A stretch of 64,000 nt of DNA from Eledone cirrhosa (GCA_964016885.1 OZ024741.1:151838001-151902000), one strand, 5' to 3'; shown: positions 31,101 to 44,305, counted from the stretch's first letter. Notes: generated by a model from the letters alone, not told the origin. A program made the numbers and translations.

Positions 31101-34100
31101 ACTTCCACCATATTGTGATGCTGTGACTATATCTGTCCACTTCCATCATATTGTGATGCTGTGACTATATATGTCTACTTCCACCATATTGTGATGCTGT
31201 GACTATATCTCTCCACTTCCACCATATTGTGATGCTGTGACTATATATGTCTACTTCCACCATATAGTGATGCTGTGACTATATCTCTCCACTTCCACCA
31301 TATTGTGATGCTGTCACTATATCTGTCTACTTTCAAAATATTGTGATGCTGTGACTATATATGTCTACTTCCACCATATTGTGATGCTGTGACTATATCT
31401 CTCCAATTCCACCATATTGTGATGCTGTGACTATATCTCTCCACTTCCACCATATTGTTATGCTGTGACTATATCTCTCCACTTCCACCATATTGTTATG
31501 CTGTGACTATATCTCTCCACTTCCACCATATTGTTATGCTGTGACTATATATGTCTACTTCCACCATATTGTAATGCTGTGACTATATCTCTCCACTTCC
31601 ACCATATTGTTATGCTGTGACTATATATGTCTACTTCCACAATATTGTGATGCTATGACTATATATGTCTACTTCCACCATATTGTGATGCTGTGACTAT
31701 ATCTGTCTACTATACCATATTGTGATGCTGTGACTATATCTCTCCACTTCCACAATATTGTGATGCTGTGACTATATATGTCCACTTCCACCATATTGTG
31801 ATGCTGTGACTATATCTCTCCACTTCCACCATATTGTGTTGCTGTGACTAAATATGTCCACTTCCACCATATTGTGATGCGGTGACTATATCTGTCCACT
31901 TCCACCATATTGTGATGCAGTGACTATATCTCTCCACTTCCACCATATTGTGATGCTGTGACTATATCTCTCCACTTCCACCATATTGTGATGCTGTGAC
32001 TATATCTGTCCACTTCCACCATATTGTTATGCTGTGACTATATATGTCTACTTCCACCATATTGTGATGCTGTGACTATATCTGTCCACTTCCACCATAT
32101 TGTGATGCTGTGACTATATCTCTCCACTTCCACCATATTGTGATGCTGTGACTATATCTCTCCACTTCCACCATATTGTGATGCTGTGACTATATCTGTC
32201 CACTTCCATCATATTGTGATGCTGTGACTATATATGTCTACTTCCACCATATTGTGATGCTGTGACTATATCTCTCCACTTCCACCATATTGTGATGCTG
32301 TGACTATATATGTCTACTTCCACCATATAGTGATGCTGTGACTATATCTCTCCACTTCCACCATATTGTGATGCTGTCACTATATCTGTCTACTTTCAAA
32401 ATATTGTGATGCTGTGACTATATCTCTCCACTTCCACCATATTGTTATGCTGTGACTATATCTCTCCACTTCCACCATATTGTGATGCTGTGACTATATC
32501 TCTCCACTTCCACAATATTGTGATGCTGTGACTATATATGTCTACTTCCACCATATTGTGATGCTGTGACTATATCTCTCCACTTCCACCATATTGTTAT
32601 GCTGTGACTATATCTCTCCACTTCCACCATATTGTGATGCTGTGACTATATATGTCTACTTCCACAATATTGTTATGCTGTGACAATATCTCTCCACTTC
32701 CACCATATTGTGATGCTGTGACTATATCTGTCTACTTCCACCATATTGTGATGCTGTGACTATATATGTCTACTTCCACCATATTGTGATGCTGTGACTA
32801 TATCTCTCCACTTCCACCATATTGTTATGCTGTGACTATATATCTCTCCACTTCCACCATATTGTTATGCTGTTACTATATATCTCTCCACTTCCACCAT
32901 ATTGTGATGCTGTGACTATATATCTCTCCACTTCCACCATATTGTGATGCTGTGACTATATCTCTCCACTTCCACCATATTGTGATGCTGTGACTATATA
33001 TCTCTCCACTTCCACAATAGTGTTATGCTGTGACTATATATGTCTACTTCCACCATATTGTTATGCTGTGACTATATCTCTCCACTTCCACCATATTGTG
33101 ATGCTGTGACTATATCTGTCTACTTCCACCATATTGTGATGCTGTGACTATATCTCTCCACTTCCACCATATTGTTATGCTGTGACTATATATGTCTACT
33201 TCCACCATATTGTGATGCTGTGACTATATCTGTCCACTTCCACCATATTGTGATGCTGTGACTATATCTGTCCACTTCCACCATTTTGAGATGCTGTGAC
33301 TATATCTCTCCACTTCCACCATATTGTGATGCTGTGACTATATCTGTCTATTTCCACAATATTGTTATGCTGTGACTATATCTCTCCACTTCCACCATAT
33401 TGTTATGCTGTGACTATATATGTCTACTTCCACCATATTGTGATGCTGTGACAATATATGTCTACTTCCACCATATTGTTATGCTGTGACTATATCTCTC
33501 CACTTCCACCATATTGTTATGCTGTGACTATATATGTCTATTTCCACAATATTGTGATGCTGTGACAATATATGTCTACTTCCACCATATTGTGATGCTG
33601 TGACTATATCTCTCCACTTCCACAATACTGTTATGCTGTGACTATATCTCTCCACTTCCACCATATTGTTATGCTGTGACTATATCTGTCTACTTCCACA
33701 ATATTGTGATGATGTGACTATATCTCTCCACTTCCACAATATTTTGATGCTGTGACTATATATGTCTACTTCCACCATATTGTGATGCTGTGACTATATA
33801 TGTCTATTTCCACAATATTGTGATGCTGTGACTATATCTGTCTACTTCCACCATATTGTGATGCTGTGACTATATCTCTCCACTTCCACAATACTGTTAT
33901 GCTGTGACTATATCTCTCCTCTTCCACCATATTGTGATGCTGTGACTATATATGTCCACTTCCACCATATTGTGATGCTGTGACTATATCTGTCTACTTC
34001 CACCATATTGTGATGCTGTGACTATATCTCTCCACTTCCACCATATTGTTATGCTGTGACTATATATGTCTACTTCCACAATATTGTGATGCTGTGACTA

Positions 34101-34470
34101 TATATGTCTACTTCCACAATATTGTGATGCTGTGACAATATCTCTCCACTTCCACCATATTGTGATGCTGTGACTATATCTCTCAACTTCCACCATATTG
34201 TGATGCTGTGACTATATCTCTCCCCTTCCACCATATTGTTATGCTGTGACTATATACGTCTACTTTCACCATATTGTGATGCTGTGACTATATATGTCTA
34301 CTTCCACCATATTGTTATGCTGTGACTATATCTCTCCACTTCCACCATATTGTGATGCTGTGACTATATCTGTCTACTTCCACCATATTGTGATGCTGTG
34401 ACTATATCTCTCCACTGCCACAATATTGTGATGCTGTGACTATATCTGTCCCATTAATATATTGTGAGAG
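28157..34470. repeat. Satellite B: ~6.3 kb tandem array of 38-bp unit CCACCATATTGTGATGCTGTGACTATATCTCTCCACTT (roughly 165 copies)
   Basis: Directly visible periodicity. The monomer aligns with satellite A. Confidence 0.98.
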
Positions 34471-34738
34471 TTATGATCATGCCTATCCACTCCGCAATAG
34501 TGCATTAGGTGTGGCCTTACCAAACCCCGTCCAAAATAGTGTGATGGCTGTGACTTTTCCTGGAAATTATTTTATTCAAGCAATACAATACGTTGATATT
34601 TACCACCATCATGTTTACCACAATGTTTAATGCACAGCCCAGTTATTCATGACGTGATTGTCTTTAGAATATTTGTGTATGGGTCTTAACTGATTTGCAT
34701 ATGTCAAGGCTCAATTGTTTCTTCTCTCTCGACTCATC

Positions 34739-34974
34739 TCAACCATTTTGATACAAGCCCTGCCAAATCCAACTCCGTTTCTATTAAAGGTTCTATTTAA
34801 ATTCAAATCTCCCATCATAATGTCACTTTAATATCTTATTAATCTCCCAACATAATGTCATGTTACTGTCTTATTAATGAAATAATTTAGAATTTTAGTA
34901 AATCCCACAAATGTCTTCATTAATTAATTCGAATGGAGTGAATTTCATTAGAAACGTGGTCACGAAAGAGTTAA
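34739..34974. mobile_element. Degenerate piggyBac-like MITE
   Basis: Imperfect termini TCAACCATTTTGATAC ... GTCACGAAAGAG-TTAA with an AT-rich interior. Confidence 0.35.
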
Positions 34975-35429
34975 AGCATTTTTTTTTTTACTTTTGCGAT
35001 ACATTGCGTTGCGTGTTGTTTCTTTGAGCAATGGATGTCGCTTGAGAAATAAATAGCAGCAATATCTGTGGGTGAACTTTGCAAAAGACTGGCGTCTCTC
35101 CGTTGTTTAATGTCATAAGCTCTGGTCTGACGACTCTGATTCGACAATTATTTTACCTAAATATTTCAATATGTTTGATGTCACTAGATAAGGTGAGATT
35201 ACTGTAATATTGAGGCTTTTAATTGTGCTATACAAAACTATAGACTATGAGGTAGAAAATCTTTTTCCGTCGTATAAGTTATTTTTTAGTCTTCTTTGTA
35301 TTGAAAACCGTCAAGTTGTCACATATCAGTTTCTGTTGATTGAAAAACTGGATCACTCATTGCCGAAACCGGCCGAGGTTCGTGGTTATCATTGTCATTA
35401 ACACACCACACACAAACACAAATACACAT

Positions 35430-35464
<35 letters not shown>

Positions 35465-36054
35465 ATGGCGAGCTGTATGGTTGCATTTAAGTATAATGAA
35501 AAATAAAAGTTACAGGCGAAAGAGAGTAATATCCATCGTCAGTTGTCTGCTGGGAATCATAGGTATTTCTTCGCATTAGAGACAAGATACCTCAGCCGAG
35601 GGCGAACAATAACTAAAATAAGTTATTGGGATAAAAAGGGGCGGTGTAAACAGACACTAAGAGTGAAGCAACGTAAAGGGAGGAAAAGTAGGGAAAATAT
35701 CAAGTCAACAACTCATTTCGAACGTAAGATCTGGCGAGTTTGACGAGAGAAAAGATACACGTCTTCACTGTAGCCGTGTTAGCGAGAGAAGAGACTGCTT
35801 ACAGTGCGGACGAGGGAGGATGTGAGCTCTGGGAGAGAGGGTGACTAACAGTGAGGTAATGAGTGAAAGTAAGAGGAAGGTGATTGTTTCATATGTTTAT
35901 TTATATATTAATCAATTTCTAGTTGTTATAAAATGCTCGGACCTATTCATTAGAATCTTGGAGCTTATTTTACGGGTGATATGGCGCATGCCTTTCTGGC
36001 ATGACACCCAAAATTTTGATTTAGATTAAATTCATTTTGATTTATCTTAATTTT

Positions 36055-36100
<46 letters not shown>

Positions 36101-36102
<2 letters not shown>

Positions 36103-36275
36103 CGAAGGAATTGTGGTAAGGAACCAGATGGACCATAACGCACCAGAATACTCAATACTTAGGGTAGTAGAGTGGGTAATAGGAAAAAGTATGACCCCGA
36201 CGGCAGAACTCAAGCCGTTTCGACCAGTCCAGAAATAGACGTCGAAACAGCTTGAGCTCTGCAGTCGGGGTCATT

Positions 36276-36280
<5 letters not shown>
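36101..36280 (-). mobile_element. Third copy of the 3333-3522 family with imperfect fold-back
   Basis: 36101-36224 is the reverse complement of ~3398-3522. 36240-36280 folds back on 36185-36224. (TA)n flanks. Confidence 0.75.
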
Positions 36281-36323
<43 letters not shown>

Positions 36324-36403
36324 GAATGTGAGTAATATTGCAGAACAATAAAAAATATGCATATATCAGATAAGTAGCACTCAACTGTTAGTAGAACTGG
36401 AGT

Positions 36404-36610
36404 ATATATAATAAAGAAGAAATTAAAAGATGGTTAAAAGAGTCCCATATATTTTATTATGCGCATTTCGAATACATTATGCGCATTTCTCTGATGAGAA
36501 CACAAGTTTTGTCCCAGGGTGATTTTGTTTTCGAAATGCGCATAATAAAAAAAATAAAAAAAATATATGGCACTCTTTTAACCATCTTTTAATTTGTTCT
36601 TCATTATATA
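36404..36610 (+). mobile_element. Short HHR-bearing element with inverted terminal duplication
   Basis: 36404-36472 is an inverted copy of 36530-36610 and the HHR lies between them. Confidence 0.7.
36486..36550 (+). ncRNA. Minimal type I hammerhead ribozyme
   Basis: CTGATGA (36491-97), helix II GAACACAAG/TTTTGTTTTC, GAAA (36533-36), palindromic helix III ATGCGCAT, AUA site. Helix I is weak. Confidence 0.65.
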
Positions 36611-36883
36611 TATATACATATATATACAACCAAAGTTTATATGGTTCGTTGATTATTCAACGAATACAACTTTACAATAGATTAGAAGCACTCGACAAGT
36701 ATTTCTGGAGTATTTAATATTATTCAAAGTATTAATAAATGAAAAATATTCTCATAACCCAAATATATATTTTATTACACATATTTCAAAGGTACAATGG
36801 TGTTTAAGTACGTTTTCATCAGATAAAATATATGACAGTTTGGATATGCGACATACCGCTACGGTGTCGATTATTCAATTCCA

Positions 36884-36920
<37 letters not shown>

Positions 36921-36928
<8 letters not shown>

Positions 36929-37656
36929 CAAGGTTTAGCAAATAAGAAAAAGTTTCAAAATAAATTTTTAAAAATTAACTTTACTCACTATGGTTACCTT
37001 TACCGAATCGGTTTCGAGTCTCAAAAATAAATGGACAGTCCTTACGGCATCCATTGCAAAGATAAACTCTCGTCAGAAGGATCTTTTCACTCGGAGAATA
37101 TAAAATTCCCGAGTTCAAATTACGAAATGGCGCTATTCAAAATTGTTCCCGAGATGAGAATAAATGATGTGGAAGCAATTCCGTCAAGTGCCGTGTGTAA
37201 AGATAGAAACAAAAGCAGGGAGGTCAGTCTACTACCACTATAACTAACAGGAGTCAGAACGACCAAATTTTTTCTCGACCAAGACGAGATAATAATAAAG
37301 TATATATCCCTACACGCACAAAGTGCTTAGGGACACGTGTATTGTCCAACCATATGCCAATGTGGTTCAATGGCAGGTTAATAAATTAACGAGCCAGAAC
37401 ATATATAATCAAGGTTTAGCAAATAAGAAAAATTTTCAAAATAAATTTTAAAAAATTAACTTTACTCACTATGGTTACCTTTACCGAATCGGTTTCGAGT
37501 CTCAAAAATAAATGGACAGTCCTTACGGCATATATATATATATAGAGAGAGAGAGAGATATAGATATAGATATAGATATATATGCCGTAAGGACTGTCCA
37601 TTTATTTTTGAGACTCGAAACCGATTCGGTAAAGGTAACCATAGTGAGTAAAGTTA

Positions 37657-37662
<6 letters not shown>
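36921..37662 (-). mobile_element. ~480-bp HHR monomer with ~130-bp terminal redundancy plus short inverted arm (retrozyme/pLTR-like)
   Basis: 36921-37050 is repeated at 37401-37530 and partly inverted at 37583-37662. Homologous throughout to 48668-49189. Confidence 0.8.
36997..37080 (-). ncRNA. Type I hammerhead ribozyme with extended helix II
   Basis: Minus strand: CCTT-CTGACGA-GAGTTT...AGACTC-GAAAC-CGATTCG-GTA-AAGG. All three helices pair and the site is GUA. Confidence 0.85.
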
Positions 37663-37710
<48 letters not shown>

Positions 37711-37854
37711 GGGATAGAATGAAACGAAAATTCATTTCTCACTCTTAGTATGGCCGACTGAACTCACTCGATATGCAAATTAGGCTGCTTAGCCGTTAAT
37801 TTTCATAAGGACAGTATATACTTTCGGACGTTCAACCATCTGGCAGAAAGGTAT

Positions 37855-37897
37855 ACGGTGCTGACGATAGCTAATAAGCTTGAAACTAGTACATCGT
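37855..37897 (+). ncRNA. Minimal type I hammerhead ribozyme (unit 1)
   Basis: ACGGTG-CTGACGA-T-AGCT-aata-AGCT-T-GAAAC-TA-GTA-CATCGT, with palindromic helix III ACTAGT. Confidence 0.85.
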
Positions 37898-38296
37898 TCC
37901 TGTGTCAGTGTTGAACAAAAAGGTGACGTGGTTGCCTAAACACTGTACGGCGTAATTCAGGCTGTTTGTTTGTTTACAAACGAACAAACCGAGCATTATA
38001 ATAAATGTTCGGTAAACTGATACGTGCATATATATAGGTGTGCCTGTATGTATATATATACATGCTACTGTACGTCTGTATACATATATGTATGTACGTA
38101 TACATACATACTTACATTTAAGTAAGTGCAGTACTAAGAGTGAGAAATGAAATTTCGTTTCATTCTATTCCATTTATCGTTTTCGGTGCGCCTGGCCGAC
38201 TGAACTCACTCGATATGCAAATTAGGCTGCTCAGCCGTTAATTTTCATAAGGAAAGTATATACTTTCGGACGTTCAACCATCTGGCAGAAAGGTAT

Positions 38297-38339
38297 ACGG
38301 TGCTGGCGATAACTAATAAGCTTGAAACTAGTACATCGT
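38297..38339 (+). ncRNA. Hammerhead copy with core mutation (unit 2, probably inactive)
   Basis: Core reads CTGGCGA instead of CTGACGA, and helix II has an AACT mismatch. Confidence 0.7.
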
Positions 38340-38740
38340 TCCTGTGTCAGTGTTGAACAAAAAGGTGACGTGATTGCCTAAACACTGCACGGCGTAATTC
38401 AGGCTGTTTGTTTGTTTACAAACGAACAAACCGAGCATTATAATAAATGTTCGGTAAACTGATGCGTGCATATATATAGGTGTGCCTGTATGTATATATA
38501 TATACATGCTACTGTACGTCTGTATACATATATGAATGTACGTATACATACATACTTACATTTAAGTAAGTGCCGTACTAAGAGTGAGAAATGAAATTTC
38601 GTTTCATTCTATTCTATTTATCGTTTTCGGTGCGCCTGGCCGACTGAACTCACTCGATATGCAAATTAGGCTGCTCAGCCGTTAATTTTCATAAGGAAAG
38701 TATATACTTTCGGACGTTCAACCATCTGGCAGAAAGGTAT

Positions 38741-38783
38741 ACGGTGCTGACGATAGCTAATAAGCTTGAAACTAGTACATCGT
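38741..38783 (+). ncRNA. Minimal type I hammerhead ribozyme (unit 3)
   Basis: Same intact motif as 37855-37897. Confidence 0.85.
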
Positions 38784-39021
38784 TGCTGTGTCAGTGTTGA
38801 ACAAAAAGGTGACGTGGTTGCCAAAACACTGTACGGCGTAATTCAGGCTGTTTGTTTGTTTACAAACGAACAAACCGAACATTATAATAAATGTTCGGTA
38901 AACTGATACGTGCATATATATATATGTGTGCCTGTATGTATATATATACATGCTACTGTACGTCTGTATACATATATGTATGTACGTATACATACATACT
39001 TACATATATATATATATATAT

Positions 39022-39581
39022 TTAAATGTAAGTATGTATGTATGTATACATACATACATATATGTATAGAGACGTACAGTAGCATGTATATATATACATA
39101 CATGCACACATATATGCACGTATCGGTTTACCGAACATTTATTATAATGCTCGGTTTGTCCGTTTGTAAACAAACAAACAGCCCGAGTTACGCCGTACAG
39201 TGTTTAGGCAACCACGTCACCTTTTTGTTCAACACTGAGACAGGAACGATATACTAGTTTCAAGCTTATTAGCTATCGTCAGCATCGTATACCTTCCCGC
39301 TAGATGGTTGAACGTCTGAAAGTATATACTTTCCTTATGCATATTAACGGCCGAGCAGCCTAATTTGCATATCGAGTGAGTTCAGTCGGCCGGGCACACC
39401 GAAAACGATAAATTGAACAAAATGAAACGAAATTTCATTTCTCACTATTAGTACGGCACTTACTTAAATGTAAGTATGTATGTATACGTACATTCATATA
39501 TGTATACAGACGTACAGTAGTATGTATATATAGTTATATGTAGTATGTATATATATGTATATATATGTATATACATACATG

Positions 39582-39634
<53 letters not shown>

Positions 39635-39688
39635 GTATCGGTTTACCGAACATTTATTATAATACTCGGTTTGTTTGTTTGTAAACAA
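39022..39688 (-). mobile_element. Inverted ~1.5-unit copy of the 443-bp HHR monomer, tail-to-tail across a (TA)n tract
   Basis: Reverse complement of the 37751-39005 units, somewhat more diverged. Confidence 0.85.
39246..39288 (-). ncRNA. Minimal type I hammerhead ribozyme (inverted unit)
   Basis: Minus strand ACGATG-CTGACGA-TAGCTAATAAGCTT-GAAAC-TA-GTA-TATCGT. Helix I changes retain pairing (G.U to A-U, G-C to G.U). Confidence 0.85.
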
Positions 39689-39693
39689 CGGTG

Positions 39694-39846
39694 TACCCGG
39701 TACTGTGCATTACTGGTACTGTATTTTATCGACCCCGTAAGGATGAATGGCGAAGTCAACCTCGCCGGGATTTGAACTCAGAATGGCAAGGGCCGTAACT
39801 CTATGCGTCAAAGAATGGCATCCGACCCTCTACCGATACTGCCAAT
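39694..39846 (-). mobile_element. tRNA-derived SINE
   Basis: Reverse complement of the 42264-42451 family, with B-box-like GAGTTCAAATCC. Confidence 0.85.
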
Positions 39847-40019
39847 AATGACGCAAAACAATAGCGCATAATTGAATGTAAAACAAATGTTGATTCAACT
39901 TCTTTTAAAAATATCGAATGTTAAAAAAATATTGAGGAATCTCGATGGTATGCCTCAATCTATCACTAGGTTGGATACCTACTTCTAAGAAATTCTGGAC
40001 ACACACACAATCATACACA

Positions 40020-40150
<131 letters not shown>

Positions 40151-40616
40151 ACATTCACTCATACATACATATATGTACTTATATTTATATATATATATAT
40201 ATATATGGATTGAGAGAGACGAGGCTGTGTTGTTACTGATAACGACTGTTAGAAATCAAGGGGACACAAACAAGAGATGGACATTTTCCCTTCATCAGTT
40301 ATCCACCACGGGTCACGGATCTTTCAGCGCATTAATATATTTAACGAAACTAAACTTGCATGCTTCTTTTGTTGAGTTGCACTATTTCATCGCGAAAGTT
40401 CTCATCACATGACTCCTGTCTTGCTCTTTCGTCTCGGTGTTTATCACACTGTCCAGTTTTGGTTGTTACCAAGCCAATCTATTCCACCCTGCAAGTCACA
40501 CATTTTTTTTTTTTTTTTGTCTCCATGGGCCTACATGACCCATTTTGTCATTTATTCTCGATTTGAATGTCGTGCGTTTAATTCTATACGTAATTGTCCC
40601 CACCACGTAATTGTTC

Positions 40617-42244
40617 GAGCCTCTTGGACCGAATTGAGACAGCCATTTCTCCTCTAATAAGGTAGGCAACTTTGAAATCATGTGTTTGGGGCTAACTTTT
40701 TCTTTAGAGTTCAAATATCCTATCAAATTTTCCATCTACAGGCCGCTGAAAATTACAACGAATTAAACTTACAGCAAATGTATGACTCTTTTAGGTATTT
40801 CTATCTCAATAGGTACACTAGATAAAGCAACGATTATTGTTTTCCTGTTACTTAGCATATAGTAGACCATTTTTGAGCAGTAACCATGTTAGTTACTATT
40901 ATGGGAATGTCAGAATAAGTTTTTGAAATATGTGGGATTTCAAAAAATGCCCATTTGAAGCTTACAGAATGATTCACACATGATATCAATGAAATCTGCT
41001 ACAGTAGCTTCAAGTGATATAAGTGTTGTTCTATCATTGTGCACCCATTGTTTATCATATCACCTTCATGAAACTCTTGACATTCCAACTGACTATTGAA
41101 GTACTCGTGTAATGCCTCTTTCCCAGCACACCGTTCTCAGGCATGCAACATGCTATTTTATATCCATGCTTTATGAATAAGTTGAACCTGTACCAAGCAC
41201 TGGCAATTGAATTTCTAAAAATTCACAACTCTGAAAAGAAGCTCAGCAACAAAACAAAATTTCTGTCACATCATCTTCAGAAGTATAAAAATGCATGGTA
41301 AAAATTTGAAAACGATAGTGAACTGCCCACATGGTCGACTAAGGGATTCAAATGGGCATTTTTTGAAATCGCACATATTTCAAAAACTTATTCTGACACT
41401 CCCATAATAGTAACTAACATGGTAGACATGATATAATAATGGGAGGGCTCAAACGACATGCAAAAGTACCTGAAATCCAACCAGAGCCGGCTATTAGCAC
41501 ATATTCTTCATTGACCATACTTAAATATGGAATGATATGCGATGCCCCCCCCCCCCTCACAGCCTCGGCGGACAGGATGGAGAAGGCGTTTCCCCGGACG
41601 GCAAGGGAGACGCGCTGGAAAAGCCACTGCAGCTCGCGGGGTTCACAACTGCGGTTGGCCAGCTCAGCGCCTATGGTAGTGAGTAGGGAGGTAGCCCTAG
41701 GGCCGAGGACACCAGAAGTCTCCACTGCTAGGGGTACAACCGCAAACCTGTCGGAGAGCGACCGGTATTTGAGGAGTTTGGCCTCCTACTGCTCAGAAAT
41801 GGTGTACTATATGCTAAGTAACAGGAAAACAATTATCGTTGCTTTATCTAGTGTACCTATTGAGATAGAAATACCTAAACGAGGCATACATACTGAATGT
41901 TTAATTCTTGGCAATTTTCAGAGGCCTATAGATGGAAAGATATACAAAATACACTTGATAGGATATTTGAACTCTAAAGAAAAAGTTAGCCCCAAACCCA
42001 TGATTTCAAAGTTGTGCCTACCTTATTAGAGGAGAAATGGCTGTTTCAATTTGGTCCGAGAGGCTCATTCGGAAAAAAAATATATAATTAATTAATATTT
42101 TAAAAGCCTGCAATTTCAAAACTATCAAAGATATTGACCTAATACTTGATATTTTTCCATCATATGGAGCTAGTATCAATTTTTTCAGGGGATCTGAGGG
42201 GGTGACCTGGGACCCTCTGGGGGATTTGATATGGAATAACCCCA
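40617..42244. mobile_element. Fold-back/DNA-transposon-like element with ~340-bp inverted repeats, right arm interrupted
   Basis: 40617-40959 is inverted relative to 41347-41422 + 41787-42066. The right end terminates in ...GATATGGAATAACCCC and no matching left terminus is seen. Confidence 0.7.
41423..41786 (-). mobile_element. 5'-truncated CRE-like (RLE-type) non-LTR retrotransposon 3' fragment
   Basis: Translates KYRSLSDRFAVVPLAVETSGVLGP...WLFQRVSLAVRGNAFSILS, a typical CRE-clade C-terminus. It splits the inverted-repeat arm. Confidence 0.7.
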
Positions 42245-42261
42245 TATTATTTCTCGTAAGT

Positions 42262-42451
42262 AATGGCGGTGGATTGGCAGTATCGGTAGAGGTTCGGACG
42301 CCATGCTTTGACGCATAGAGTTACGGCCCTTGCCATTCTGAGTTCAAATCCCGCCGAGGTTAACTTTGCCTTTCATCCTTACGGGGTCGATAAAATAAAG
42401 TACCAGTAATGTACTGGGTAATTTTCTGGCCTTGTGCCAATAGTAGAAACA
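42262..42451 (+). mobile_element. tRNA-derived SINE with 16-bp target-site duplication
   Basis: ATTATTTCTCGTAAGT at 42246-42261 and 42452-42467. B-box-like GAGTTCAAATCCC. Several homologues in the window. Confidence 0.9.
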
Positions 42452-42817
42452 ATTATTTCTCGTAAGTTTGTTGTGTGCCCTTCGTCTTGTAAATTAGTCT
42501 AAGACATCATTTGACTGCCTTGTTTGTCGCTGTGACCCGGATGGACCAGCAGTACTATCAGTAGGTTTTGAAACTGCGGACATCCTTTTCCACAACCCAA
42601 TCACCTCGAAGCTTTGCACATGCCACCTCGGCTCCCCTCATCTTTTTTATCGACTGAGTTGCTTACTATATAAATATATGTATGTAGGGTTTAAAATGCC
42701 GTAGTGTTTAAAGCAATCTACATATATAAGCACTCAAAACTTGAGGGAAGACATTTACTTCCTTAGTAGAACAGTGACAGTGCCGTTGAAATCTCAGCTT
42801 CATCTGACTCACTCGCC

Positions 42818-42933
<116 letters not shown>

Positions 42934-43453
42934 TTATATATACATATGTGAGTGTGTGTGTCTGTGTGCATTTATATATGTATATATATATATAAGAAAA
43001 AAAGATGAAATTTCGTTTGCTTGTATTTAAGAGAGAGAACGAGTGAGCGAGATATATTCACATAAACATATATATACATACATACATAAGTACATACATA
43101 CATACATACATACATACATACGTAATAGACAAATATAACACATATCACACATGTAACCTTATATCTATCATCTGATTGAAATAACGTATTAAATGGACGC
43201 ATTGTCATTTACAAAATAGCCGTCGCCGTCGTAATAACAAGTTGTCACATGACCTAATGGCACTGGCCATAATGGTCATCGGAATATGATTTACTGATCA
43301 GTTCAGCGACTCCACCTGCGTAAGGATATTGATTATTTAAAGTCTACTTAGATTTAAGAATACCACATTAGGGAAATGATATGAGATTTGAAAAAGATTG
43401 ACAGCAATGTGCAACTTGCACCGCATGTTTTTCTTACTGCTGATTTCTCTCTT

Positions 43454-43498
<45 letters not shown>

Positions 43499-43507
43499 CT
43501 CTCTCTT

Positions 43508-43560
<53 letters not shown>

Positions 43561-43649
43561 TATATACATAAACATGTATATATATATATATACATATATA
43601 AAATATATATATATATATATTATTATTTTTTTTTTAAATATATATATAT

Positions 43650-43701
<52 letters not shown>

Positions 43702-43744
43702 TCAAATAACAGAATCGTTAGAAAGATAGATAGTATAATTTGCG

Positions 43745-43855
43745 ATATTCGTTTTAGCTCTCTGTATTCTGAGGTCAAACCCGGCGAGGTTAATCTAGCC
43801 TTTCACCCTTTCAAGGACGAGAAAAAGTAACAGTCCAGCACTGGAGTCGATTTTT
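43745..43855 (+). mobile_element. Old diverged SINE of the same family
   Basis: TTCTGAGGTCAAACCCGGCGAGGTTAATCTAGCCTTTCACCCTTTC resembles 42335-42380. Confidence 0.6.
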
Positions 43856-43990
43856 AATTAGTATCCCCCTCCCCCTCTCACTCTTTCTCCATCAATCTCT
43901 CTCTCTTTTTTTCACTCGAAGTTTTAAAATGCCCAACCGCCGCCGTATGTCACTACGGTTTTCCTACAACTTCATCAGACGATATGAGTC

Positions 43991-44037
<47 letters not shown>

Positions 44038-44209
44038 GTATATATATATGTGTGTGTGTGTGTATATATGGACTTAAGCGGGCTCTTATAAACTCATCAG
44101 TGGATGCCCAAACAATATCGATATAAGAATTATATCGACATTAATTGAATGGTGATGGTCTCCCTTCCCTCACCGATAAGAAGAGACTGGTAGATTAGAA
44201 AATCCAGAA

Positions 44210-44305
<96 letters not shown>

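Larger units (their letters stand above)
37707..39005 (+). mobile_element. Tandem array (~2.8 units) of 442-444-bp HHR-containing monomer (non-LTR retrozyme-like) with short 5' inverted segment
   Basis: Unit starts TGGCCGACTG at 37751, 38193 and 38637. 37707-37750 is an inverted copy of 38132-38175. Confidence 0.9.

Noticed and set aside
4869-33664. Short Cys/His/Thr-rich ORFs inside the satellites
   Set aside because: Chance stop-free runs of a 38-bp (non-triplet) repeat. The duplicates reflect higher-order repeats.
3879-34470. CRISPR-like array (38-bp repeats with internal dyad CACAATGTTGTG)
   Set aside because: Units are contiguous with no unique spacers, there are no cas genes and the context is eukaryotic. 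This is satellite DNA.
40210-42660. Possible host exons in unique-looking patches (40210-40500, 42470-42660)
   Set aside because: No recognisable protein similarity or convincing splice-site pairs. Cannot be supported without RNA-seq.
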